Positions 1 through 13,854 are shown, numbered from the stretch's first letter. The stretch: 64,000 bases of DNA from an uncultured delta proteobacterium (GCA_963767925.1 CAVYGB010000002.1:576001-640000), one strand, 5' to 3'. The notes: generated by a model from the sequence alone, not told the origin. Numbers and translations: made by a program.

Positions 1-185
1 GCAGGTGACCGAAGGAGAAAGCAGCGGTTGTCTCGCTCATGAAGGGGTGACGTCACCGCCCGCGGTGGTGTTGGGAAAATACCCCGCGCAGGCCCCACTT
101 CGTCGAGAGTCATCCGACCGCTTCGTACCGCTGGCGACGGGTCAGCGAAGCAGTTCAGGCCGTGGCGCAGGCCTTCGACGGGGCG

Positions 186-990
186 TCAGGGGGCGGATGC
201 CGGCGGAGCGGACGGGGCCGTCGCAGCGACAGAGTTGTTGCGGCAGGTCCCTTCGATGCAGAAGAGGCCGTCCTTGCACGGGGTTTGACCCCAAGGGCCG
301 GAGCAGAGCTCTCCTTCACCGGGCCGGTCACCGCAGGTGCGCGCGGGCGCAGGGGGCCGGCAGGTCAGCGGATAAACGCAGGCCTGGTTGAGGCATGCGG
401 CGCCGCTCGGTTCGAGCGGGCGGCACATCCCGCTGGTTTCTTCGGTACTCCCGGGCTTGCAGTACAGCCCGCGCCGGCAGTCGACATTGACCCGCGACGG
501 ATCGGAGCGTGAACAGGCCTCGCCCGCGTCCGAGAGCGGCACGCAGACCCCGCCCCGGCAGAGCAGCGGCGGCGCGCAATCGGAGGAGGAGGTGGGCTCG
601 CCGCTGCACGCCTCTCCCACTCGCTTCTCTGGCACGCAGACGGCGGAATGGCAGATCGAGCCGGCCTCACAGCGGCCGCGACAAGGGCGGCCAGGTCCAG
701 GGGGGCCGACGCAGACCGGAGTGGCGAGGGTGACATCGCAGATCAACGAACCTGCGCAGGGCCGGTACTCGTAGAGGTTGCCATTCATGGTCTGGCAGAC
801 CTCGCCCGCGCGGGTATTACGGATACACACCCCGGGCCTATCGCGAGCGTCGTCATGGCAACTCAGGCCGGCAGCGCAGGCGAGATCGGTGATGCACGAC
901 TCCCCTTCCTGCCGGAGCCCGGTGAACCCGAAGCGCTCTGTCTCCGAGATCTCCTTGAAACAGGGCTCAGCGTCGCTCGCGGTAGCCGAG
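186..990 (-). CDS. Cys-rich repeat protein (Dickkopf-N-like GxxC..C..GLxC repeats), apparently 5'-truncated
   Basis: The C-terminal ~265 aa of ORF 186..1178 has repeated GEAC/GESC/GELC...C..GLxC units. The N-terminal part of the ORF looks off-frame, with no signal peptide or clear start, so the 5' boundary is approximate. Confidence 0.55.
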
Positions 991-1267
991 GGAGGCCAGG
1001 AACATGTCCACGGTGGTGGTGACGAGGGCGTCGATCTGCTCGCGGAGCAGCGGCGTGTCGAGCATTCCCTGGCGCCCGCCTCATCTACCTCGCGGTTTCG
1101 GCCACTGCCTCCCGCGCCCCCTCCTCGGCCAGGTAGCCGAGGCCCTCCTGGACCACACAACCCGTTGACACCCTTCACCGTCCGCCCGCCTTTGGATGGG
1201 AAGATCGCGCCGTGCCGGCGTTGACAGATCGCCGGCTACCGGCGCGATCCCCATCCAAGGAGCTCCC

Positions 1268-1645
1268 ATGCCGATCGTCTGGAACCGCGAGGTCGAGAGC
1301 TACGTCGTCGAAGTGTTTTCCGGATCGACCCTGCCTTACACCCGCTCCCTGCGGGTCAAGCTGAAGGCCACCGACTCCTTGCCGGCCCACACCGTGAGCC
1401 TGAGCTTCCCGGTGTCCCCGCCTGCCGACTACATCGACATCAGCACCACGTTTACCACCATCCAGCTCGCCCTGAGCCAGTTCGAGGACGTGTACCGGCT
1501 CCTCCAGACGGAGAAGCCGATCTTCTTCACCGCCTACGAATACGACACCCTCCGCTTCGCCGGCTTCACCACCGACCCCGAGGCCACCGGGGAAGGGTTC
1601 CGCGACTCCGACGCCGGCCCGGCGATGACCTCGATGGCCGGCTGA
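1268..1645 (+). CDS. hypothetical protein (125 aa)
   Basis: AAGGAG RBS before ATG 1268, strong GC3 codon bias, globular composition (MPIVWNREVESY...). Confidence 0.8.
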   Translation: MPIVWNREVESYVVEVFSGSTLPYTRSLRVKLKATDSLPAHTVSLSFPVSPPADYIDISTTFTTIQLALSQFEDVYRLLQTEKPIFFTAYEYDTLRFAGFTTDPEATGEGFRDSDAGPAMTSMAG

Positions 1646-2426
1646 ACCCTCGAGGGCGAGGGCGGAGCCAGGCGCGGGCCTCCGCCCTGGCGCGCTGGCG
1701 CGCTGGCGCGCTGGTAGCACAACGCTCGCGCCCGAAAGCGGCAACGGTCGTTGTCGCGGCAACCGACGCGACGCCGATCACCGACGGCGAGAGCGCGCAA
1801 CCAAACGCCGGCTCCGCTGTCACGAGTTGCGACAGGAAGAGGTCGTCCTCGCGATGGCAGGCGATGCACGCGTCACCGGGTCGCATGCGAGGGCCCTCGC
1901 CGCCGGTGTACATGCTTCGGCTGGTGCAGACCGCCGCGGCGGCGAAGGGATCGGGGCCCGCGTCCGGACGGGCAGGGGCAGCGTCGCTGCCGGCGCCGGC
2001 GTCGGTGCAACCATCGGCCGGCAGGTCCATGCGCAGCCAGGTCTCGAGGGCGGCGGCCTCGCCGGGACTCACCGGCTCCCCCGGGGGCGGGGGCGGCGGC
2101 GCCTGGAGATTCGCGCAGGATCCGGTCGCGACGGGCGGAGCGACCGGCGCCGGGGCTGCGGCGGGGGGTGAGGGCAATCGATCGGGGATGGCGGCGGGTG
2201 GGGTGGCGGGAGCACCGGCCGGCGGGACCGCCGCCGCCGGCGGGACGACAGCCGCCGGTGGGTCGGACCGGGAGAGCGATTCGGCTCGGCGGGTGTCCAC
2301 TTCGCCAGCGACGCAGCCGAAGGCGGTCATCAGCAGCGTCATCACCAGCGAGGCCGGGAACCCTCTCCCGGGGGTCGTCATCACCGCCAGCGCCGGCGAA
2401 GCCGGGAACCCTCTCCCGCTGGACAT
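1566..2426 (-). CDS. putative lipoprotein with CxxCH heme-binding motif, probably 3'-truncated
   Basis: Lipobox-like AFGC, Pro/Ala linker, then MRPGDACIACH. The sequence degenerates after ~1830 and overlaps the convergent gene. Start uncertain (2426/2381/2342). Confidence 0.5.
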   Translation of the reverse strand: MSSGRGFPASPALAVMTTPGRGFPASLVMTLLMTAFGCVAGEVDTRRAESLSRSDPPAAVVPPAAAVPPAGAPATPPAAIPDRLPSPPAAAPAPVAPPVATGSCANLQAPPPPPPGEPVSPGEAAALETWLRMDLPADGCTDAGAGSDAAPARPDAGPDPFAAAAVCTSRSMYTGGEGPRMRPGDACIACHREDDLFLSQLVTAEPAFGCALSPSVIGVASVAATTTVAAFGRERCATSAPARQRARAEARAWLRPRPRGFSRPSRSSPGRRRSRGTLPRWPRGRW

Positions 2427-3020
2427 TCCGGAGGTCCCGCCGGTCTTTGCGGGGCACGAAGGGGAGCGATGATCCGGGAGCGCGTCGTTGCCCATCGATA
2501 GTCCTTGGGTCCTTGGAGTGAAGAGCCCCCGCAGCGGTCCGGAACGAGCCCAGCGACGACCCCGGCGGGTGAGACCGACCCTACGGGGGCCCTGGCGCGT
2601 CCGCTTGAGAGCCTCCTGAGAAGTTGCTCAAGGGCGGGCGCGGGGCGGGTGAGCGGCGGTCGCCGGGTCGGTTGGGTCTGTGAACCCTCTCGCCGCGATC
2701 CGCCGTGGGGACAGGGCAGGGTGAGGGGCGGTTGCCACGCCGGAGGCCCCTCACCCGGCGCGCAGACGCGCCGACCTCTGCCCCCGGCAGACCGCGGGGA
2801 GAGGTGATGGAGCGGCACCTTGCGGGAGGTGAACCTGCGCGTGGGAAGAGACGGAGGCCAGCGCGGAATCCTCTCCAACCTGGTGGAACAGCAATCGGTG
2901 TTCGCCGGGGCAGAGGAGAGGGAGGGGGGCCCTGGCGCTCGTGTTAGTGTCCGCGCCTCGATGAGCGACGAAACACCTCGCCTTCCCGGCGATCGCACGC
3001 CCCCCGCGGCCGGGTAGCCG

Positions 3021-4784
3021 ATGGTTGCCTGGGCTTCGGCGGCGGCGGTGCTGCTGTACCTGCTGCCGGCTGCGGTGGTGCTGTGGCACCGGCGCGATCG
3101 GGAGCTGCTCGAGCTGGCGCAGTCGATCCCTCTCGCGGTCGCCGCCGATCTTCTGACGCTCTTCGCCGCCATGCTCGCGGTGCGGCTCGAGGTGGCGGTG
3201 ATCGCCTCGCGCGTGGCCTGGCTGGCCGGCGGGCTGGCGCTGGCCTGGGTGCGGCGGGCGCGGGACCCGGCGCGGTCCAGCGCCCTGTCTCCGCGGGCCC
3301 AGCTCGCGATCGCCCTGTGCGCGCTGGGCATGGTGGTCCTCAGCGTGGCGCTGTCCCGGCCCTACGCGATCTGGGATCGCATGTGGCACGCCCCCCTCGT
3401 CGCCTCGCTGCGCGGACAGGGCCTGCCCTTCGCCAACGTTTTCGAGCCGGGCCGCGTCCTGCACTACCACTTCTCGGGCAACGTCCTGGCGGCTGCGCTG
3501 CAGGTGCTCTCCGGCGCCACCATCCACGCCTCGCGCGCGCTCTCGCTGGCCCACGACCTGATGTTCGGCCTCATGGGGGCCAGCCTGGCGCTGCTGCTGC
3601 GCGGGTGCGGCCGCGGGCTGCTGGCCAGCGTGCTGCTGGCCTGGGCGGTGGCGCTGGCCGGGCCGTTCAGCCTGATCCCCCTCGACGCGCGTTACCCCTA
3701 CTGGGGCTACTCCATCCACGCCTTTCTCACCCTGAGCTACCGGCCCCACACCTCGATCTTCGGCCTGCTCACCGTTGGCGTGTGCGCCGTCCTGCTCGAT
3801 CGCGCGCGCCCGCGCCCGGCCGCGCTCATCGCGCTGTTCGCCCTGATGGGGATCACCGACGAGTTCTCCTCGGCCCTCCTGCTGTTCGCGCTGGGCGTCG
3901 CCTGGCTGGCCGAGCCGGCCCTCCTGCACGGCAAGCGCAGCCGCGGCCTCGGCGTGCTGGTCCTGGCGGGCCTCGCCATCCTGCTGGCGAACCTCCTGTT
4001 CCGGGCCTCGCTCGCCCCGGGCGGACCGGCGAGCGCCCTCGAGCTGGTGGCGCCGCGCGCGCCCGGCTTCGGCCACCCGTCCCTGCCGCTCACCTCTGCG
4101 AAGGGCGCGCTGGCGCTGTTCCTCGACCTGGCGCCCACGCTGGCCTGCCTGGCGGCCCTGCTGGTGCGAGGCCTGCGCCGCCGGGCGGGCCTGGCCTGGC
4201 TGAGCCTGGCGCTGGTGGCGGTGGGGGTGTTCGGGTTGACCTCGGTGCAGATCAACGGCGCGCCGGTCGAGTCCCACCGGTTCATGTCGGCGGCCGTCTT
4301 CGTCGTGGCGCTGCTCGCCTTCACCCAGGCCACCGGCCGCGCCGATCGCCTGCTGGCCGGCGTCGGCGGCGCGCTCGCCGCAGTCTCCACGCTGGTGTGG
4401 GCCGCCGTGGGGCACCCGCGGGCCTCGCGTTATTACCTCGACAAGGGCAACTACGCCGTCGACTGCCGGCAGGAGGTGGGCGCGCACCTCCTCGAGCGCC
4501 CCGTCCCCACTTACGTGTCCCCCGCGATCTGGGAGAGCTACTCCGGCTGCCGCCCCCTCTACGCCGCCGGCCTGCCCGCCTCGAACCAGTGGGGCATCAG
4601 CCTGGGCCCGCTGCTCGGCCCCGATGCCCTCGCCGCCGTCGCCGCCCAGCCCCCGCAGCAAGGCCCGCTGCCGATCGCCTGCCGCCGCGGCGACCCCGAC
4701 CCGATCTGCGCCGCCGCCCGCGCCAGCGCCCCCTGCCAGCCCGCCGGCCAGACCGCCGAGCGCTGCCTCCGCCCGCGGGAGTAG
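3021..4784 (+). CDS. polytopic membrane protein, possibly GT-C-fold glycosyltransferase-like
   Basis: About 12 hydrophobic segments, a loop motif WDRMWH...LHYHFSGN, and a Cys-containing C-terminal soluble domain. Confidence 0.65.
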   Translation: MVAWASAAAVLLYLLPAAVVLWHRRDRELLELAQSIPLAVAADLLTLFAAMLAVRLEVAVIASRVAWLAGGLALAWVRRARDPARSSALSPRAQLAIALCALGMVVLSVALSRPYAIWDRMWHAPLVASLRGQGLPFANVFEPGRVLHYHFSGNVLAAALQVLSGATIHASRALSLAHDLMFGLMGASLALLLRGCGRGLLASVLLAWAVALAGPFSLIPLDARYPYWGYSIHAFLTLSYRPHTSIFGLLTVGVCAVLLDRARPRPAALIALFALMGITDEFSSALLLFALGVAWLAEPALLHGKRSRGLGVLVLAGLAILLANLLFRASLAPGGPASALELVAPRAPGFGHPSLPLTSAKGALALFLDLAPTLACLAALLVRGLRRRAGLAWLSLALVAVGVFGLTSVQINGAPVESHRFMSAAVFVVALLAFTQATGRADRLLAGVGGALAAVSTLVWAAVGHPRASRYYLDKGNYAVDCRQEVGAHLLERPVPTYVSPAIWESYSGCRPLYAAGLPASNQWGISLGPLLGPDALAAVAAQPPQQGPLPIACRRGDPDPICAAARASAPCQPAGQTAERCLRPRE

Positions 4785-4849
4785 CGCTCAGCACGGCCCG
4801 CCCAGACAGTCGATCAGGCGAGGGGCATTCTTGCTGGTCGAGGTCGCAT

Positions 4850-6364
4850 TCAGCGAACGGCAGAACCGGCGAGGCGGAGGCGGTCGGGGCGGCGGGGGCG
4901 GGAGCGGGCGGAGCTGGCGGGTGGGCAGGTGCCGCTCAGGTCGCGGGAGAAGGACCAGCCGCCCCAGCCGTCGGGGAAGGTGGTGGTGAGCTGGAAGCCC
5001 AGGCTGGCCAGCCGCTTGCCGGTCCAGAGATCGCGGCCGTTGGCCATCCGGGGCACGGGGTTGGCGGGCGCCCAGGAGACGTCGGCCGCGTCGAGGCGGT
5101 TGCCTTCGAACCGGAAGACGGCAAAGTGCCCGCGGCCTCCGTTGGTCGACTGCCCTTCGTAGTAGGGCGATCCGAGCGAGAAGACGTCGAGGCGGCGGCC
5201 GCCGAGGTCGGTGATCGGGTAGGCCCGGGTCTCGTGGACGTGACCGTGCAGGATCGCGGCGACGTTGTAGGGGCGCAGCGCCGCCAGCAGGGCGTCGCGC
5301 TGATCCTGATCCCACCAGCGGACCTCCGCGCTGAAGGGATCGAAGCCGTAGTGCATGACGACGAGGACGGGCCGGCAGGACGCGCCCACCTCGGCGGCCA
5401 GGTCCTCCTTCAGGAAGGTGAGCGCGCTCCGCGGATCACGCGTCGGCTGCCCAGCCGCGGGCGGTCGATCGGCGGCGACGAGGTTGAGCTGGACCAGGTG
5501 CAGGGCCTCCCAGTCCCAGGAGTAGTGGCCGGCGTTCCCGGGGGCGATGCGACGCACCTCGGGCCAGCCGCGCCGGACGCGGTTGCGGATCGACACGACG
5601 TCCACCGCGGGGGCTTGCCCCTGGTAGAGGAGGGAGACCCGCTCCAGCACGTCGAAGTCGTGGTTGCCGTACCCCTCGAACACGCGCCACCGGAGCTTGT
5701 GGAGATTCAGCCCGTCGTCACCCCGCAGCCCGTAGTCGCGCAGGAACAGCCCCAGCTCCGCGCTCATCCGTGGCCCCGCCACCTCGACCCCGTATTCGCC
5801 GGCAAGGTCGAAGCTGTACCGCTCCTCCGTGTACCACTCGCCCAGCGGATTGCGCCCCGCCTGCCCGTTCTGGGTGAGATCCCCCGCGATGATCACCCCC
5901 CGCGGCGCCCCCACCCGCTCCCCCTCCGCCGCGAACCCCCGCCCGCTCGGCCACAACAGCTCGGCCGCCTGATTGAGCGCCTGGATGTGAAACGCGTTCT
6001 TGTCCCCCGGCCCCCCACCGTATTGCGGATCCCCGAACGCAAAGAAGGTGACCGCCGTGGACGCGCCCGGCGCGGGCGCAGGGCTCGGCGCCGGCGGAGA
6101 GCTGGTTGCAGGCGACGGCGGGGTGGATGTCGGCGGAGGGCTGGGCGCGGGCTCGGGCGGCGGGCTCGGCGCCGGCGTGCCCGGCGGCAGCGGGTTCCCT
6201 GACGGGGGCGGCCCGGTTCCTGAAGTCGACGACGAGGGACCCGGCGCTCCCGGTGGGACGGGCGGCGGACCAGGCTGGCGATTTTGACCACAACCGAACG
6301 TCGATAGCGCCAGCGCGAGTACCAGCGCGCTCGCAACGGGCCCGAAAGCAACGCTCGACATCAC
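4850..6364 (-). CDS. calcineurin-like metallophosphoesterase, lipoprotein
   Basis: Motifs GDPQY, GDLTQNG, GNHD, MHYG and GHVH; lipobox TFGC; Pro-rich linker. Confidence 0.85.
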   Translation of the reverse strand: MMSSVAFGPVASALVLALALSTFGCGQNRQPGPPPVPPGAPGPSSSTSGTGPPPSGNPLPPGTPAPSPPPEPAPSPPPTSTPPSPATSSPPAPSPAPAPGASTAVTFFAFGDPQYGGGPGDKNAFHIQALNQAAELLWPSGRGFAAEGERVGAPRGVIIAGDLTQNGQAGRNPLGEWYTEERYSFDLAGEYGVEVAGPRMSAELGLFLRDYGLRGDDGLNLHKLRWRVFEGYGNHDFDVLERVSLLYQGQAPAVDVVSIRNRVRRGWPEVRRIAPGNAGHYSWDWEALHLVQLNLVAADRPPAAGQPTRDPRSALTFLKEDLAAEVGASCRPVLVVMHYGFDPFSAEVRWWDQDQRDALLAALRPYNVAAILHGHVHETRAYPITDLGGRRLDVFSLGSPYYEGQSTNGGRGHFAVFRFEGNRLDAADVSWAPANPVPRMANGRDLWTGKRLASLGFQLTTTFPDGWGGWSFSRDLSGTCPPASSARSRPRRPDRLRLAGSAVR

Positions 6365-6534
6365 CGTGGCGCAATCTACCCCCGCCGGTCTTCAAGCGGG
6401 TATCGATCCCGTCACGATCTCGAGGACCAGTCCTCCAAGCCGTCTCCTGAGCGCCGCAACCGCGTCGCCGGCCCGATCCGGGCCGGCACGGTCAGGCGGG
6501 AGGTGGGGGTTGGCCGTCGATACGAGGGATCCGT

Positions 6535-7007
6535 TCGGACGAGGCGTTCGAAGGTCTTGCCGATGGTGTTGTAGTCGCCCTCGTGGGCGAGGGCGGCGAC
6601 GGGGATGGAGGGGCTGTCAACGAGCTCGACGGGGTACATGTCTGGTCTCCTTTTCATGAGGGCCAGGGTGGCGGCGGCGCCGCCCTGGTAACGCGAGGGT
6701 GGTTTTCCGTACTCGAGGCGAAAGGCGCGCGTGAAGGCGGCCTGGCTGCCGTAGCCCGCCCGGCGCGCGATCCGCTCGATGGGCACGTCGCCCGCCAGCA
6801 GGTCGATGGCGGCGCGGTGAAGGCGCAGCCGCCGGACGGTGTCGCGGGCGGTCTCGCCCTGGATGGCGTGATAGATGCGGTGAAAGTGGTAGGGCGAGAA
6901 GCAGGCGATGCGGGCGAGCTGCTCGAGTCCAGCGCATCGTCGAGGTGCTCGGCGATGTGGCTGGTGACGCGCTCGATGCGCGCGAAGTAGTCTCGGCTGC
7001 TGTCCAC
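6535..7007 (-). pseudogene. AraC-family regulator with GyrI-like domain, frameshifted and truncated
   Basis: MDSSRDYFARIERVTSHIAEHLDDALD continues in another frame after ~6927 as LEQLARIACFSPYHFHRIY...GYGSQAAFTRAFRLEYGKPPSRY. The GyrI-like part (HEGDYNTIGKTFERL) breaks off near 6535. Confidence 0.8.
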
Positions 7008-7171
7008 GGCCGGACAGTAGCGAATCGCCTTTGATTCGGTTTGCGATTCTGGCCGGCCGGAGCGCCGGCCAGCGCCCCGGCGCGGCAGGCCGCCGCGGGG
7101 CGCTCGCTGGCCGTGGACGCGGCCGGGTCCGAGAGACTTGCGACGCTGCAGTCAGCTTGCGTCGCTGCTAA

Positions 7172-7780
7172 GAGCCAGCCGCTGAAACCTGTGGAGAATT
7201 TGCGCCGATGGGCGAAACGAGGTATCGAGGCCGGGACGCGTGCTCGTGGGCGTGTTCGAGCGCGTGTTCGTGTTTCGAGTTCGTGTGGGGCGAGCGGTGA
7301 GCGGCCAGGCGGCTCTCGGTGCGCGTAAATCACGCGAGCCGAGGCCCGCGGGCCGAACACGCTCACCACACACGGACACGAAGCCGTCACCATCACAGGG
7401 GCGAACGTGCACGACAAGTGGATGGTGGGCCAGACCCTGGATGCCATGGTCCTGCGGGGCCCTCGTGGTCCACGTCGCCCCAAGAACTTGTGCCTCGACA
7501 AAGGCTACGACTACGCCGACTGTGAGCAGGAGGTTCGCCGCCGTCGAATCGTTCCTCACATCCGCCGGCGAGGCGAACCACCACTGGTCGGCTGTGTTCA
7601 CGGTAGGCCGCGACGCTGGGTGGTCGAGCGCACCAACAGCTGGCACAACCGATATCGAGGTCTTCTCATCCGCTGGGAACGCAAAGCCGAGAATTACTTA
7701 GCCTTCGTTCGGCTCGCCTGTGCGCTGATTGCCTTCAACGCTGCCTCTCGTGCGTAATTCACAGGTTCAGCGGCTCACTC
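7172..7780. mobile_element. internally deleted IS5-family element (609 bp)
   Basis: Imperfect terminal inverted repeats: GAGCCAGCCGCTGAAACCTGTG at the left, and the right end reverse-complements to GAGTGAGCCGCTGAACCTGTG. TAA is duplicated at 7169-7171 and 7781-7783. GAG ends with a TNA duplication fit the IS1031-group pattern. Confidence 0.8.
7380..7757 (+). pseudogene. IS5-family DDE transposase, C-terminal half only
   Basis: Motifs ITGANVHD, LCLDKGYD and RWVVERTNSWHNRYRGLLIRWERKAENY; the N-terminal half is missing. Confidence 0.85.
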
Positions 7781-8327
7781 TAAGACGCAAAAATTCGGGC
7801 AGGGCGAAGCTGGTTCCGTCGAAGGCCAGGCGCACGCCCTCGAGGTGGGTGAAGGGGCACTCCTCGGCGAAGTCCTGATCCGCGACGGTGGCTACCAGCC
7901 CCAGCTCGATCAGGTTCCCGTGCGAGATGATGAGGGCCGCGCCGGGGTCTGGCAGCTCGCGGGCGATGGTCAGCCAGGTCTCCCGGAGGGCCAGGCCCAT
8001 CCTTCGCGCCGGGCCCTCCTTCGCGAGGAGCTCCCGAAATTTCAGAAGCGGGCGCTCCGAGCTCCAGCGCTCGTGGCGGCCGATCTGCTCGTAGAAATCG
8101 GCGGGCAGGTCGCCCAGAACCTCCAGGCAATCCGTGACCGCATGTCCCATCGCCAGCGCCGTCTCCAGGGTGCGGGGGATGAGGCTGGTGAACACGCCCT
8201 GGAACGCGCCCAGCTCCGCGCCGAGCTGGCGCGCGCGCCTCACCCCCTCCAGCGACAGGTGGCTCCCGCGGCCGCGCCCGGAGTCCTTCTTCGTGAACGA
8301 GTGCCGCCTGACCTCCAGGACTCTCAT
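7767..8327 (-). CDS. histidine phosphatase (phosphoglycerate mutase-like) family protein
   Basis: N-terminal RRHS, LSLEG, SLIPRTLETA and ISHG motifs. The stop codon now lies inside the IS5 end. Confidence 0.8.
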   Translation of the reverse strand: MRVLEVRRHSFTKKDSGRGRGSHLSLEGVRRARQLGAELGAFQGVFTSLIPRTLETALAMGHAVTDCLEVLGDLPADFYEQIGRHERWSSERPLLKFRELLAKEGPARRMGLALRETWLTIARELPDPGAALIISHGNLIELGLVATVADQDFAEECPFTHLEGVRLAFDGTSFALPEFLRLRVSR

Positions 8328-8472
8328 GGCGTCGGCCGAGCGTAGCCAACCCCGCCGGAGGCGGCAAGGACGTGACCCTGGCGACCCCATGCTCGCGAAT
8401 CAACCCGCCCGCCCGCCGTGGAGTCACCTCTCTTCCGCAGGCACGGGACATGTCGCGCGCCGCCTGGAGAAC

Positions 8473-8810
8473 CGAATGGTTTGTCGCCCAGACCCCTCAC
8501 CCCTCCCTCTCCCCGCTGGCGCGGGGCGAGGGCGAACGGACAGTGGGGAGCAGTAGATCCCGGCCGATTGCACCCTCGATCGTCAGATCAGATGACCGGG
8601 GGGAAGGGAGGTGTCGCGCCCCGCTACGGATAACGAATGGTTTCGTTGGGACCCCTCACTCCTCCCCGCTGCCGCGGGGCGAGGGGGAACGGACAGTGGG
8701 GAGCGGTTGATCTCGGCCGTTTGCACCTTCGATCGCCGGATCAGATGAGCGGGGCAGCTGGCCGGTTGTTCGCCCTCGCCCCGCGGCAGCGGGGTGAGGA
8801 GGGGCTCCGG
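8473..8810. repeat. REP-like palindromic repeats (two ~120-bp direct copies plus one inverted core)
   Basis: cgaatggttt...cccctcac...ctccccgctg.cgcggggcgaggg.gaacggacagtggggagc...gatcagatga at ~8473 and ~8634; inverted core at ~8770-8800. Confidence 0.75.
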
Positions 8811-8982
8811 GGTGGACGTGAAGGCTGTCGGTGCTCCACGGGCGGCGGCGGGTGCGGAGGCGGCGCCAGAGGGTGACGATCAGGGGGTCGGTGGAGGAGC
8901 TCCACATGGCCGGGCCCATGAACAGAACCGCCACCAGTGTGCCGACCAGGGCAAACAGGATGGCCTGCCAGTACGTCCCCAT
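8656..8982 (-). CDS. small membrane protein, C-terminus reading into REP repeat
   Basis: MGTYWQAILFALVGTLVAVLFMGPAMW is one hydrophobic helix; lies just downstream of ileS. Confidence 0.4.
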   Translation of the reverse strand: MGTYWQAILFALVGTLVAVLFMGPAMWSSSTDPLIVTLWRRLRTRRRPWSTDSLHVHPGAPPHPAAAGRGRTTGQLPRSSDPAIEGANGRDQPLPTVRSPSPRGSGEE

Positions 8983-9056
8983 GGGGACAAGTCTAGCAAG
9001 CGGGGGCATCTGGCGGTTTCGACAGGGCCCGGTGGCGGCGAGGCGCCGGGTGGGGG

Positions 9057-12173
<3,117 letters not shown>

Positions 12174-12333
12174 CCCGACTGTCTACAGCCTCGCGCCGGC
12201 GCGTGCCACGCCCGTATCGCCCAGGGCCTCAGGGCGGATCGGGCGGGATCCCCGCTGACCAATCTCCGCACGTGAGGTGGTCAACGCTGCCGGAAACTTG
12301 CCGGTCACCTGAACATATGGATAGTCTGAGGGC

Positions 12334-13302
12334 ATGGCCGCCCGTGTGCCGTCCGAAGCCCTCAACCCCGCGCAGCAGCGCGTGGTCGACCACGGAGACG
12401 GGCCGCTGCTGGTGGTGGCGGGCGCGGGATCGGGCAAGACGCACACGCTGGCCCACCGGGTGGCGGCGCTGGTCGCCCGGGGGGCCGACCCCCGGCGTGT
12501 CCTCCTGCTCACCTTCACCCGCCGGGCCGCGGCCGAGATGGTGCGCCGGGCGGCGCGCATCGCGGGGCTCGGCGGCAAGCACGACGGCCTCTGCTGGGCC
12601 GGCACCTTCCACGCCGTCGCCAACCGGCTGCTGCGCATCCACGCCCCCCGCCTGGGCCTCGACCCGGCGTTCACCTTGCTCGACCGGGAGGACGCCGCCG
12701 ACCTCATCGATCAGCTCCGTCACGAGCAGGGGCTGTCGCGCACCCACGAGCGTTTTCCCCGCAAGGGGACCTGCCTGGCGATCTACTCGCGCGTGGTCAA
12801 CACGCAGGTCCCGCTGCAGGCGTGCCTCGAGACAACATTCCCCTGGTGCCTGTCCTGGCACGATCCCCTGCGCGCGCTGTTCGCCGCCTATGTGGAGGCC
12901 AAGATCGAGCGCCAGGTGCTGGACTACGACGATCTGCTGCTCTACTGGTACCACCTCATGGGCGAGGCAGCCCTCGCCGCCGAGGTAGGCAGCAGGTTTT
13001 CCCACGTGCTCGTCGACGAGTACCAGGACACCAACACGCTGCAGGCGGAGATCCTGGCCCGGCTGCGGCCCGATGGCCGCGGCGTCACGGTGGTGGGCGA
13101 CGACGCCCAGGCCATCTATTCCTTTCGCGCCGCCACCATCCGCAACATCCTCGCCTTCCCCCAGGGGTTCGACCCGCCGGCGGCCGTGTACGCGCTCGAG
13201 CAGAACTACCGCTCGACCCAGCCCATCCTCGCCGCGGCCAACGCCGTCATCGCCCTCGCTTCCGAGCGCCGGGGCTCGGGGGGGCCGGGCCGCGCGAGTT
13301 GA
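12334..13302 (+). pseudogene. UvrD/Rep/PcrA-family helicase, 5' portion (truncated by island)
   Basis: LNPAQ, AGAGSGKT (Walker A), TFTRRAA, GTFH, VDEYQD, VGDDAQAIYSFR and LEQNYRS. Homology ends at 13270. Confidence 0.9.
12781..13270 (+). repeat. 490-bp direct repeat, left copy (internal helicase segment)
   Basis: Matches 26809..27298 apart from two synonymous differences seen by eye (CCG/CCC, GCT/GCC). Confidence 0.95.
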
Positions 13303-13366
13303 CATAGGACACGATATCGGTCGTCTACGTCCGCGCGCGTCATGCAGCGTGATTTTCCTATCATCC
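13269..13366 (+). repeat. 98-bp promoter-like module, copy A
   Basis: Near-identical to 26601..26698. Contains TTGACA (13299-13304), CGATATCG and ATGCAGCGTGATTTTCCTATCATCC. Confidence 0.9.
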
Positions 13367-13539
13367 GAAACCTACGACCCCGAACGGTTCATGGAGACCC
13401 TGGACAACTGGGGCTGGTTCGCCCGACCGTCCGAGGCGCCCCTGTGGTTCGCGGGCGGTTTCTACCGACGAGGCGGCGCTCCCTGACCGGGCGGCCGGCC
13501 GGCGCTGCGGGCGAACCCGGCCATCCCGACAACCGACTC

Positions 13540-13854
13540 CTACGACGGCGGTGACGGCTGGTCTTCCGGCGCGCGCCGTCTGGGCAGGTGGACGCCGTAG
13601 GCGCTGCCGGAGCCTTCCCGGACGACTATCAAGCTGAGGAGGGAGCCCGGAAAACCGAAGATGAACGCGAGGGCCCGCCAGCCGACGCTGGGGTGGTGCT
13701 GCGCCCGCATCCCGGCGTAGCTGACATTGGCCAGCATCCACAGCGCCGTCACGCCACTACGGCCGATCGAATCGCGCGCCCCCTGGTCCGCGGCATGGGC
13801 CATGGTTGTCCACAGCAACGGCAAGAGACCGGACAGGATCTGCATCCAACGCAT
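13540..13854 (-). CDS. small membrane protein
   Basis: Signal-like N-terminus (AHA) plus hydrophobic segments (WRALAFIFGFPGSLLSLIVV). Confidence 0.6.
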   Translation of the reverse strand: MRWMQILSGLLPLLWTTMAHAADQGARDSIGRSGVTALWMLANVSYAGMRAQHHPSVGWRALAFIFGFPGSLLSLIVVREGSGSAYGVHLPRRRAPEDQPSPPS

